Shown here: in pieces, positions 19,203-27,176 of the stretch
Numbering within the stretch: position 1 is the stretch's first letter
How the letters are laid out: every line of letters starts with the position of its first letter
Assembly (NCBI GenBank): GCA_039814715.1
Contig: JBCCAR010000003.1
Location: forward strand, 23,250-87,249
DNA length: 64,000 bases
From: Pseudomonadota bacterium
GTDB lineage: Bacteria > Pseudomonadota > Alphaproteobacteria > Sphingomonadales > CAKZYD01
Reading direction: 5' to 3'
Program-made: the position numbers and the translations under genes
The notes under the pieces: generated by a model
Seen by the model: the letters and a program-made list of their open reading frames with translations, nothing else
Database searches by the model: none
Told to the model about the DNA's origin: nothing

Positions 19203-19763
19203 ATGCGTGAAGGCTATGTATTCGGCCTCATAAAAAATCATCTGTCTTTTTTATATGCAGCCGTGGGCGCGGCGTTTTTTGTCGCTCCACTTGGCGTCCA
19301 TGCGATGTCCAGCACGTCACAAATAGACACCGTCCAGCGACTGGATACGCAGCCGCTGATGATCCGCAAGGGGTCAGGCAAACAAGTCTTTTTCACAGTA
19401 GAAGTGGCCGACGATATCGGCGAGCAACGCACTGGATTGATGTACCGAACGGCGCTTGATGCAGGCGAGGGGATGATCTTTCTCTACGACCAGCCGCGCG
19501 TCATCGGGATGTGGATGAAAAATACGCTCATCCCCCTTGATATGATCTTCATGGACCAGGCAGGGCGTGTTGTTAATGTTCATGCTCAAGCTGAGCCTGG
19601 ATCGCTGACCTCCATCCGTTCACGTGGTCTCAGTGTAGCGGTGCTTGAAATCAAGGGCGGAGATGCTCAGGCGCTCGGCCTTCAGGCTGGTGATCAGGTG
19701 TTCCACTGCCATTTTGGCAATTTCCCATGCGAGACGACGCCAGCCGAGGCAGTACCTGATTAA
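19203..19763 (+). CDS. DUF192-family protein, exported
   Basis: N-terminal hydrophobic signal. GMIFLYD...GMWMKNTLIPLDMIFMD motif of DUF192. Confidence 0.65.
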   Translation: MREGYVFGLIKNHLSFLYAAVGAAFFVAPLGVHAMSSTSQIDTVQRLDTQPLMIRKGSGKQVFFTVEVADDIGEQRTGLMYRTALDAGEGMIFLYDQPRVIGMWMKNTLIPLDMIFMDQAGRVVNVHAQAEPGSLTSIRSRGLSVAVLEIKGGDAQALGLQAGDQVFHCHFGNFPCETTPAEAVPD

Positions 19764-19883
19764 GCGAATGCGGCGTCTTTCGCAGAGTGCTTCAGGATAA
19801 AAATGCATGAGCTGGCTGTATGACCGCGATTTGATATTGCGCTTGCGGCCACGAATGCCTAGACACGGCCGATATTGTTGTGG

Positions 19884-19960
<77 letters not shown>

Positions 19961-20125
19961 TTCTTTCTTTAAATCTAGTATTGCACGTTAAAGTTTTTAG
20001 GCTTTCGTTGCTCCTATGCGCGAGGCGCTAAAACACTATAATTCTTCTTATAAACAAGAGGTTGCGGTGTTTTGGCTGCTGCTATCGTTCTGACTTTGGC
20101 GAAAAATACATCCTATGGCTGTAAT

Positions 20126-20140
20126 TTAACGCTTTATTAA
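20126..20140. promoter_or_regulatory. Perfect CtrA-type box TTAA-N7-TTAA
   Basis: TTAACGCTTTATTAA in ORF-free DNA, about 40 nt upstream of the first hairpin of the candidate sRNA. Confidence 0.45.
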
Positions 20141-20164
20141 GCATATCAAGCGACTGTCCCTTTG

Positions 20165-20282
20165 TGTCCGGCGCGATCCGCCTCTGCGCTGACACTCAGG
20201 GGCAAGGACTACTTCCGCTGACTTTTCCTTGTCTGTCCTCTCGGGCGGCGTTTGGGCTCCCCCCAGACGCCGCCCTTTTTTT
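20165..20282 (+). ncRNA. Candidate small RNA (two hairpins plus intrinsic terminator), family unassigned; 5' end is a guess
   Basis: Hairpin 1 CCTCTG/CAGGGG (20181-20202). Hairpin 2 CAAGGA/TCCTTG (20203-20231). Both loops contain CGCTGAC. A CU-rich linker follows, then the terminator at 20243-20282. No credible ORF. Confidence 0.35.
20243..20282 (+). terminator. Strong intrinsic terminator on the + strand
   Basis: GGGCGGCGT-N15-ACGCCGCCC followed by seven T. Confidence 0.8.
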
Positions 20283-20309
20283 AGGGGAGGCTGCGCGGCG
20301 TTCACCCAG

Positions 20310-20344
20310 AAAAAAAGCACGCTGCCAACGCGGTGGCAACGTGC
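20310..20344 (-). terminator. Intrinsic terminator of the large adhesin gene
   Basis: The minus strand reads GCACGTTGCCA-CCGCGT-TGGCAGCGTGC followed by TTTTTTT, 45 nt after the stop at 20389. Confidence 0.7.
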
Positions 20345-20388
20345 TTTGAAATTGAGCCCTTTGAAAAGAGCGGGCGCTAAGACGACGC

Positions 20389-23300
20389 CTAGGCTATGCC
20401 GCTTAGATCAATGTCGTCTGCGATCAGCGCGTCTGCTGCTGAGACGGGCTCAGAGCCTTCCATGGCAGAAGACTGTGATCCTGCGTCGCCATCAGCTATC
20501 TGTGTATCCATAGGCATCAGATCGTCCTCATCGCCATCGCTGTCAGGAAGAATGATGCCGTTGTCTAACGCAACGACGCTTTCCGCTGTCGTTGTTTGTC
20601 CGGTCTCGTTGGAGAAACCAAACAGAACATAGGCTGTATTTTCCGCGCCAATAATAATGTCGTCTAGGCCGTCGCCGTTTACATCTCCTGAACCGGAAAT
20701 GGATTGGCCAAAGTTGGTGACGTCGCCTGTAAGTTCGATATGGCTGCTAGAATCGGTCGTGGTTAGATCAACGCCGGTCGCGATATCCGTTCGCCCGAAG
20801 ACGATGTAGACCGCGCCATCTCCTGAATCGGCATTTCCAGCCGTTAAGGCGAAGTCGTCAATGCCATCCCCGTTGAAGTCACCGATCGATGTGACTTCTG
20901 AGCCAAGGCCGTCACCAGCTGCGGCGCCCGTGATTGTTAGACCGTCCGGGGCGGTAATCGTGTCTGTCGCGCCGTCAAAGTTAGGTTCGAAAGCCCATGC
21001 GCCTTCACTTTGACCGAATATGATAAGGGCGGCGCCGCTATCAGCGCCATTTGCATTGGCACCTTCAGAGCCGATGATGAAATCGGCAATTCCATCTCCA
21101 TTATAGTCGCCGCCACCAGCAACTGCTCCGGCTTGATCATTGCCGGTTCCAATGAAGCTCAAGTCCGCCGCTGCGGAAATACTCTGCGTCAAGTCATCCT
21201 CACCGCCGAAAAGTACAAACGCTTGTCCTCCGGGTTGGCCCGCGGATGGCTCAAAACCTGGATCGCCAACAATAAAGTCGTCAATCCCGTCATTATTGAC
21301 ATCGCCAATGCTTGCGATGTCAGAACTGATTTCTGACGTTGTTTGCGCGCCGGTTAGAACGTCGTCAACATCGCCATCGGAAATTTGCCCTGGCGCTGCA
21401 AATGACCCATCTACACCATTGATGATCGTGACTTCACCGTTGCCAACGCCAGCACCGCCAACAATACCAGGCCTGCCAATACCAATGTCGTTGATGCCGT
21501 CATCATTGATATCACCGATTACAGCGACACCAGCGCCGGTCATCGCGCCATCAACTGCGCTTATAAAGCGAACGCCATCGGTTCCATCAGGTGCACCAGA
21601 TCCGGCAATAATCCTGGACGTTCCAGTCCCATCCCCGGCTGCGCCAAAGACAACAAAAACCTCGCCGTTGTCGGTATTGCCGCCATTATCACTGCCAGGA
21701 GAGCCAATGATCAAATCCGCTAAGCCATCATTGTTCACGTCACTACTTATGTCGAGGGATGTGCCGAAGCCCACTCCAGAAACGCCAGAGAAAGTCTGGC
21801 CATTCTCTGCCGCGACAATCAAGCTTGGGGTCGGAATAGGATCGAAAATTCCGCCGTCAGTTACTGCGCCGCCGAAGATCAAAAAGACGTTCCCGCTGCC
21901 ACCGGCGAAGCTGGCGACAGCAATGTCATCCAGACCATCATTGTTATAGTCTCCGCCGCCCGTAACGGAGGCGCCGATGTCGCCTCCTGAAACGCCTAGA
22001 ATCTGAAAGCCGTTGGAGCCGTTCAGGCTACCGGTTGCGGGATCGCCGCCGCCGCTCAGATCAAAGGTGCCGCTTGTCAGCGAAAGCGTGATCGTCTGAT
22101 CATCCGTGCGGCCCGTTAAGTCTTCTACTTCATAAGCAAATTCACCGGCGCCGCCTGTGCTGTCGCCTGCTTCGGAGACGAACTTAAGGCCGGTGATGTC
22201 GCCGCTGAATTCCCCTAGATCGACCGGCGTTCCGTCAGCCTCTTGGATTTGCCCTTCTGTGGGAAGGTCTGTGATGGTGATTGTCAGCGTATCGCCGGTA
22301 TCGGGGTCAGTCGGCGCTGCAATATTGAGATTAGTTTCTGTGCCGACGTCCGTTGATAGGCTTTTATCGTCCTGCGCTTCAGGGTCATCCGCCGAGCCGG
22401 TCAGGTTAAATGTAATGGTCTGGGACGGCGGTGTCTCGCCGCTACCATCTGGTACGCTGTACGTGAAGGTGGTGGTACCATCAAAATCAGCGGCTGGCAC
22501 GAATTGTAAGTTCGCCAGATCAGCCACCGTAATGGTTGAGCCTGCTGTAAGAGCCGCGCCGCCATCGCCAATGCGAATGATGCCTTCGGCAGCGCCTGGG
22601 ATCGTGTCAATATTCACCGTCGTCAGCGTATCGCCATCCACATCTTGCGGCGCGGTGATCATGAGATTTGTGCCTGCAGTGGTGTCTTCAGCCACGTCAA
22701 TGGATTTGTTGCCTTGCAGAACTGGCAAGTCATTGACTGCATTCACGTCAATTGTAATCGTTTGACTGCTGGTCGCTACGCCGTCTGAAACAGTGTAGCT
22801 GATGGAATCAAAGCCAATGCCGTTTTCATCTGCATCAGGACGATAGGAAAGGTTGGGCAAATCAGCAACCGTCAGCGTGGATACATCCGCAACAGCAACG
22901 CCACTGAGCAACAAGGTGCCGTTTGTTGGGCCGGTAAAGCTGGAAATTGTAAGCACTTGCTCTGGATCGGGATCCGTTGGTGCGATGATGCCAAGCGCGA
23001 CATCCGTATCTTCATCCGTCGTCCGCGTCACATTGGCACCAACAACTGGCGGACCGTCGTTTATGGGGTTTATGGTGACGGTGATGGTTTGCGTATCGGT
23101 GCCACCATTTTGGTCAGACACTGTGTAACCAAATGTGTCGGTGCCATTGAAATTAGCATCTGGCTGATATTCCAAATTCGGCAAGTCGCTCTCTGTGAGG
23201 GTCGTTAAGTCTGTCACGGCCGTACCGTTTAAGACGATCTGTCCATTTGTCGGTGCTGTCACGGCTGTAATGGATAGAGTGTCGCCAGCGTCTGGGTCGG

Positions 23301-23628
23301 TCGGAGCAGTAATTGCCAGCGCCACGGACATATCTTCATCAACCGTCAGCGTTTTATCATCTTGCGCTTGCGGTGCCTGGTTCGTCGGCGTGGGCGCGGG
23401 CGTTGTTCCGCCGCCGCTGCCGCCGCACGCCGCCAAAAGGCTTAGCGATGTCAACATCGCGCCGCGGCTATACAGCGTTTGCGCTTTCAGCGATGCCTTC
23501 AGCTGGCGTACAAAGTCATGCCCTTTTGGGCTGAGAGCGGCGAGACCAGCCTCATCCACTTCCGGCGCACTGCCGATTTTTGAATAAGTCCATGACAAAG
23601 TAAATGGTTGAACGGTCATGATCCTCAA
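20389..23628 (-). CDS. Large surface/adhesin-type lipoprotein: four cadherin-like repeats, a seven-repeat FG-GAP (integrin-alpha-like) region and an acidic tail
   Basis: Lipobox LSLLAACGG, then a Pro/Thr linker. Four units of about 105 aa follow (TVDEDxxxAL.I.APTDPD.GDTL...NxxY.P.A.F.G.D.F.Y.V.D....Q.T..V.N.ND). There are seven GD(x)NxDGxxD(x)xxG calcium-type FG-GAP motifs. The exact start is uncertain. Confidence 0.8.
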   Translation of the reverse strand: MRIMTVQPFTLSWTYSKIGSAPEVDEAGLAALSPKGHDFVRQLKASLKAQTLYSRGAMLTSLSLLAACGGSGGGTTPAPTPTNQAPQAQDDKTLTVDEDMSVALAITAPTDPDAGDTLSITAVTAPTNGQIVLNGTAVTDLTTLTESDLPNLEYQPDANFNGTDTFGYTVSDQNGGTDTQTITVTINPINDGPPVVGANVTRTTDEDTDVALGIIAPTDPDPEQVLTISSFTGPTNGTLLLSGVAVADVSTLTVADLPNLSYRPDADENGIGFDSISYTVSDGVATSSQTITIDVNAVNDLPVLQGNKSIDVAEDTTAGTNLMITAPQDVDGDTLTTVNIDTIPGAAEGIIRIGDGGAALTAGSTITVADLANLQFVPAADFDGTTTFTYSVPDGSGETPPSQTITFNLTGSADDPEAQDDKSLSTDVGTETNLNIAAPTDPDTGDTLTITITDLPTEGQIQEADGTPVDLGEFSGDITGLKFVSEAGDSTGGAGEFAYEVEDLTGRTDDQTITLSLTSGTFDLSGGGDPATGSLNGSNGFQILGVSGGDIGASVTGGGDYNNDGLDDIAVASFAGGSGNVFLIFGGAVTDGGIFDPIPTPSLIVAAENGQTFSGVSGVGFGTSLDISSDVNNDGLADLIIGSPGSDNGGNTDNGEVFVVFGAAGDGTGTSRIIAGSGAPDGTDGVRFISAVDGAMTGAGVAVIGDINDDGINDIGIGRPGIVGGAGVGNGEVTIINGVDGSFAAPGQISDGDVDDVLTGAQTTSEISSDIASIGDVNNDGIDDFIVGDPGFEPSAGQPGGQAFVLFGGEDDLTQSISAAADLSFIGTGNDQAGAVAGGGDYNGDGIADFIIGSEGANANGADSGAALIIFGQSEGAWAFEPNFDGATDTITAPDGLTITGAAAGDGLGSEVTSIGDFNGDGIDDFALTAGNADSGDGAVYIVFGRTDIATGVDLTTTDSSSHIELTGDVTNFGQSISGSGDVNGDGLDDIIIGAENTAYVLFGFSNETGQTTTAESVVALDNGIILPDSDGDEDDLMPMDTQIADGDAGSQSSAMEGSEPVSAADALIADDIDLSGIA
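20631..21996 (-). repeat. Coding tandem repeats: 7 FG-GAP units
   Basis: Motifs GGGDYNNDGLDD, SSDVNNDGLAD, IGDINDDGIND, IGDVNNDGIDD, GGGDYNGDGIAD, IGDFNGDGIDD, SGDVNGDGLDD in the translated product. Confidence 0.65.
22071..23361 (-). repeat. Coding tandem repeats: 4 cadherin-like / Ig-like units of about 315 nt
   Basis: Four consecutive units of about 105 aa, each starting DDK(T/S)L / GANVT / GNKSI and ending ...QTIT(V/I/F/L)... Confidence 0.65.
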
Positions 23629-23815
23629 ACCCCTAAATTAACTGCATAAGTCGTAACGCTACCTGATTAAGACTGTGTCTACAACGTTATTTCTGTTAAG
23701 GTTTTCATATTAAAGGCTGACTTCTAAAGGTTAATTGGTTAATACGCGCGAAGCTTAATGAACCGCGCGTCCATGACTTAAAAAGATCACAAATAAAAGA
23801 GTGGCTCAGTAAACC

Positions 23816-24100
23816 ATGACACAGCTTGCAAGAATTTACAGACCAGCCAAATCGGCCATGACGTCCGGCAGAAAAAAAACTAAATTTTGGGTGCTGGAAT
23901 ATGAGCCTGCGGCGAAAAAAGAAAAAGACCCGCTCATGGGCTGGGCTGGCTCTGGAGATATGTTGAGCCAGGTTAAACTGACCTTTGATACGCAGGAGGA
24001 CGCGATTGCCTACGCTAAGCGCAAGGGTCTTTCTTACCGGATTGCGCCTGTGAAAGACCGGAAGGTCAAAGCCAAATCTTATGCGGCAAACTTTCTATAA
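23816..24100 (+). CDS. NDUFS4-like protein (ETC complex I subunit conserved region family)
   Basis: 94 aa. ARIYRPAKSAMTSGR...W.LEYEP......PLMGW..S.D...QV.L.F...E.A..YA...G..Y resembles the alphaproteobacterial stand-alone NDUFS4 homologues. Confidence 0.7.
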   Translation: MTQLARIYRPAKSAMTSGRKKTKFWVLEYEPAAKKEKDPLMGWAGSGDMLSQVKLTFDTQEDAIAYAKRKGLSYRIAPVKDRKVKAKSYAANFL

Positions 24101-24116
24101 GGGATGTGCCGCTTAA

Positions 24117-24193
<77 letters not shown>

Positions 24194-24221
24194 CTACTTT
24201 TTCTGAGCGTAGAATAGACAG

Positions 24222-25427
24222 TCACCGGGCCGGGCGGTGTAAAATGCCGGCGCTTACCATGCTCACCAGCAGTAATCCCGTGCAGACCAGCAAAATAGGC
24301 TGATAGCTACCAAACCGGTCAAGTGACTGGCCAAAGAGCGCCGGACCAGCGGCTGCCGCCAGCGCTTCGGCGACGACGATAACCCCGAAAATACGCCCCA
24401 AATGCGCGCCGCCAAAGCGTGCTGGGATGCTGATTTGCACAAAGACATAATTCAGCCCCCAGCCAAATCCCATCAAGACCAACCACCACAACGCTTGCTG
24501 GGAGGAAGCAGCGTATCCTAGCCCGGCTGCGGCAATGCTCATGCACAAAAGGCCCGTCATATGGATAGGGCGCAGCGCGAAACGATCCGCCAGCCAACCA
24601 GCTGCGCTTTGCATGATGAGGGAGATGATAAACAGCGCGAAAAAGAGTTTTCCCGCCGCGGAAGGATCGTTGAGAGGCTCAGCGCCCGCATAGAGCGCGA
24701 GATTGGTGACAATGCCAATAAAAGAAAAGAAGCTAAGACATGCGACGCAGATCAGCGCCCAAAAGTCTAGCCTGCGGACGGCCTGCGCCAGTGTCGGGCC
24801 GCTGGCGGTCTGCGCGTCACTCTGCGTCCCCTCGGCGCTGATCTGCTTTCGCCCAACGACCCACAGCGCGCCTACGATAAGCGGTATCCCTGCGGCGGCA
24901 ATGAGGAGCAGGCTTGTGCGCGGGCCGTAGTTTTCAATAAGCCCCGCATTCAGGCTCGGCAACAAAGCGTTGGCAAGGCTGGTTGAGGCCATCATCAGCC
25001 CAATAGCAAGGCCTTTGCCGCTGGGCAGCAGACGTGAAATGGCGATGACGCAGACCAGGTACCCTGAGCAGAGTTGGCAGATGCCTAAAATCGCCTGCGC
25101 GCCATAAATGGTGTTGATATTGCCGGCCTGGCTCAGCAAGCCAAACGCCGTCATGAACAGAATGTGCCCAATAATGAGCACCCGCAGCGCCCCGAGTTTG
25201 TCAACCAGAGCGCCAGTGAGAAAAGCAAACACGCCTGTCACGGCTAGAGTAACCGTGTCGCGCAGTTTTAGCTCAGCAACAGACACATTAAGCTGCTCTA
25301 AAAAGCCTTGGTCAAAAGCCGTTAGTCCGCCAAGGATAAAGCCATTATTGAGCCCCAAGGAGATGCAGAAATACGCTACAATAAGGACTTGTACCATACG
25401 GCTTTGGGCTTGGTCGGCGCTATTCAT
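24222..25427 (-). CDS. MFS transporter
   Basis: 401 aa with about 12 TM helices in a 6+6 layout. Confidence 0.7.
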   Translation of the reverse strand: MNSADQAQSRMVQVLIVAYFCISLGLNNGFILGGLTAFDQGFLEQLNVSVAELKLRDTVTLAVTGVFAFLTGALVDKLGALRVLIIGHILFMTAFGLLSQAGNINTIYGAQAILGICQLCSGYLVCVIAISRLLPSGKGLAIGLMMASTSLANALLPSLNAGLIENYGPRTSLLLIAAAGIPLIVGALWVVGRKQISAEGTQSDAQTASGPTLAQAVRRLDFWALICVACLSFFSFIGIVTNLALYAGAEPLNDPSAAGKLFFALFIISLIMQSAAGWLADRFALRPIHMTGLLCMSIAAAGLGYAASSQQALWWLVLMGFGWGLNYVFVQISIPARFGGAHLGRIFGVIVVAEALAAAAGPALFGQSLDRFGSYQPILLVCTGLLLVSMVSAGILHRPAR

Positions 25428-25522
25428 ACATGCTGTCCTTAACGTCGGGGCCTAATATGGCGGCGGCTTTGCAGGGCTTATTCAGCCTTGAAGCGCGAAG
25501 CAAAAGAGATACCTGGCTCAGA

Positions 25523-26599
25523 ATGAAGCGCAAATCGAGAAAAAACCGGCCAGCAATTAATCTCGCCCTGCAAGGTGGCGGCGCGCATGGCGCTTATACC
25601 TGGGGTGTGCTTGATAAATTGCTGGAAGCAGATGTCTTAGATATTGAAGCCATCAGCGGTACCAGCGCTGGCGCTGTCAATGCCGTCGTGATGGCGGCAG
25701 GCTTTCAGGCTGGCGGGGCAGACCAAGCGCGCCAAGACCTGCATGATTTTTGGGAAGCGATCAGCAAGTTATCGCGCTACAGCATTTTTCAGCGCGGCCC
25801 GCTTGCGCGCTTGTTTGGAAGTTACAATTTAGAATTCTCGCCTGGCTTTCTCGGCTTTGACTTAATGTCCCGGTTGCTATCGCCCTATGATTTCAATCCC
25901 TTTGGACTTAACCCACTGGGTGATTTATTGCGTGAGCGCGTGAGCTGGGACTGCCTTAAAAAGCCGGGTGTTCCCGATCTCTTTATTTCCGCGACCGATG
26001 TGCGCACCGGGCGCGTAAAAGTCTTTCGCAATGATGATCTGCAGCCAGATGCGGTCTTAGCCTCAGCATGCCTTCCCATGTTGTTTCAAGCGGTCGAGAT
26101 TGAAGGCGAAGCCTATTGGGATGGCGGCTATATGGGCAATCCCTCGCTTTGGCCTTTTTCCTATGAGTGTGGATCGAACGATATATTGATCGTGCAAATT
26201 AATCCTGTTTCGCGCCAAGATGTACCCAGAACCAGCAGAGAGATTCTCGACCGGATTAATGAAATCACCTTCAACGCCAGTTTGCTTCGAGAGCTGCGGG
26301 CAATTGAATTTGTTGGACGGTTGCTTGATGACGAAGGCGTGACGCCGGGCCGCTATAGAAAAATGCTTGTGCACATGATTGGATCAGATCCGCTCAGCGG
26401 CTACGGCGCAGCAAGCAAATATAATGCGGAGTGGGATTTCCTAGTCGAGTTGCGGGATTTGGGCCGCGAGGCAGCCAGCACTTGGATGGAAGACCATCTT
26501 GGCAGTGTCGGCAAGCAATCGACCGTCGACCTTCGTGCGTTATTTGACGACCGCGACGGCGAGCAGTACTCAGGCCCCTATGGGCGCGCGGCGGAATAA
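25523..26599 (+). CDS. Patatin-like phospholipase
   Basis: Oxyanion box LALQGGGAHGAYTWGVLD, lipase serine GTSAGAVNA and DGG (WDGGYMGNP). The start is trimmed to MKRKSRKNRP (25523); the tracked ORF begins at 25430. Confidence 0.8.
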   Translation: MKRKSRKNRPAINLALQGGGAHGAYTWGVLDKLLEADVLDIEAISGTSAGAVNAVVMAAGFQAGGADQARQDLHDFWEAISKLSRYSIFQRGPLARLFGSYNLEFSPGFLGFDLMSRLLSPYDFNPFGLNPLGDLLRERVSWDCLKKPGVPDLFISATDVRTGRVKVFRNDDLQPDAVLASACLPMLFQAVEIEGEAYWDGGYMGNPSLWPFSYECGSNDILIVQINPVSRQDVPRTSREILDRINEITFNASLLRELRAIEFVGRLLDDEGVTPGRYRKMLVHMIGSDPLSGYGAASKYNAEWDFLVELRDLGREAASTWMEDHLGSVGKQSTVDLRALFDDRDGEQYSGPYGRAAE

Positions 26600-26600
26600 C

Positions 26601-26786
26601 TTAGTGATAGTGTCCTGGATGTGCGCCAGCTTTTGGCTGAACTGCGCTTCGCTCTAGGCGCCGTGCATCTTCCATCGTCGAACATTTAGGGCATTCGACT
26701 ACACCGTGCCCATGCCGGCACGAGAGCCGCGTTCCGCATGTGCATTGCAGCAGGTATCCATCTGCTACATCTTCTAATATGACCAT
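26601..26786 (-). CDS. Small Cys/His-rich hypothetical protein (possible zinc ribbon)
   Basis: 61 aa with the pattern C-x-C-x5-C-x-H-x-H-x4-C-x2-C. I recognise no homology. Coding status is uncertain. Confidence 0.3.
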   Translation of the reverse strand: MVILEDVADGYLLQCTCGTRLSCRHGHGVVECPKCSTMEDARRLERSAVQPKAGAHPGHYH

Positions 26787-26948
26787 AGTCCTTAACCCTC
26801 ACTTTGACGCCTGTCATGCTTCTATCGCGCGTAACTTTGGCGCGGGAGAGGCGGAAAAGTGGCAGATGGGCCTTAATAACAGCTGACGCGTTGTTGACAA
26901 TTTTAGTGAAATTGGGATCAGTGTGCGTCTGATTAGAAAGGCGTCAGA

Positions 26949-27176
26949 ATGATCTTTGAGCAGCAAGTCATGCTGGGTGTCGCGGTAGCCTTTGTTGCTT
27001 TTGTGATTTTGTCAGCTGTAACGGTCCTGCGCCAGCGCAAACGCCGGCGGCGCAGCGTTCATTGGTTCGCTATCTTTATTTTATCCGCCGTCATTGGCGC
27101 TGGAACAGGGATTGGACTTCATCTGTCCGGCACAGAGCCACTCGACGCCGGCACAATCACGATCGACAGTATTTAG
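26949..27176 (+). CDS. Small two-TM membrane protein, hypothetical
   Basis: 75 aa with two hydrophobic helices separated by RQRKRRRRS. Confidence 0.35.
   Translation: MIFEQQVMLGVAVAFVAFVILSAVTVLRQRKRRRRSVHWFAIFILSAVIGAGTGIGLHLSGTEPLDAGTITIDSI

Noticed and set aside
20164-20349. 61-aa + strand ORF in the tRNA-Pro / adhesin spacer.
   Set aside because: It starts at GTG without an RBS and reads through two intrinsic terminator hairpins. Its Arg/Gly/Ala-rich composition is typical of out-of-context GC-rich translation. The region is better explained as an RNA locus.
21140-21949. Long antisense ORFs inside the adhesin gene (e.g. 269 aa at 21140-21949, 202 aa at 22157-22765, 130 aa at 23195-23587).
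   Set aside because: They lie opposite a gene with strong domain and repeat evidence. Their Pro/Ser/Ala-rich low-complexity products are the usual shadow ORFs of GC-rich repetitive coding DNA.
23629-23815. CtrA boxes in the AT-rich adhesin promoter region, which contains eight TTAA tetramers.
   Set aside because: I indexed all TTAA occurrences and no pair has the 11-nt start-to-start spacing of TTAA-N7-TTAA. The closest spacings are 8, 14 and 16 nt.
25523-26599. Patatin-like phospholipase as a defence effector (CBASS CapV-like or similar).
   Set aside because: There is no cyclase/nucleotidyltransferase, sensor or other defence partner adjacent. The neighbours are an MFS transporter and housekeeping sulfur-metabolism genes. 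It looks like a stand-alone housekeeping patatin.
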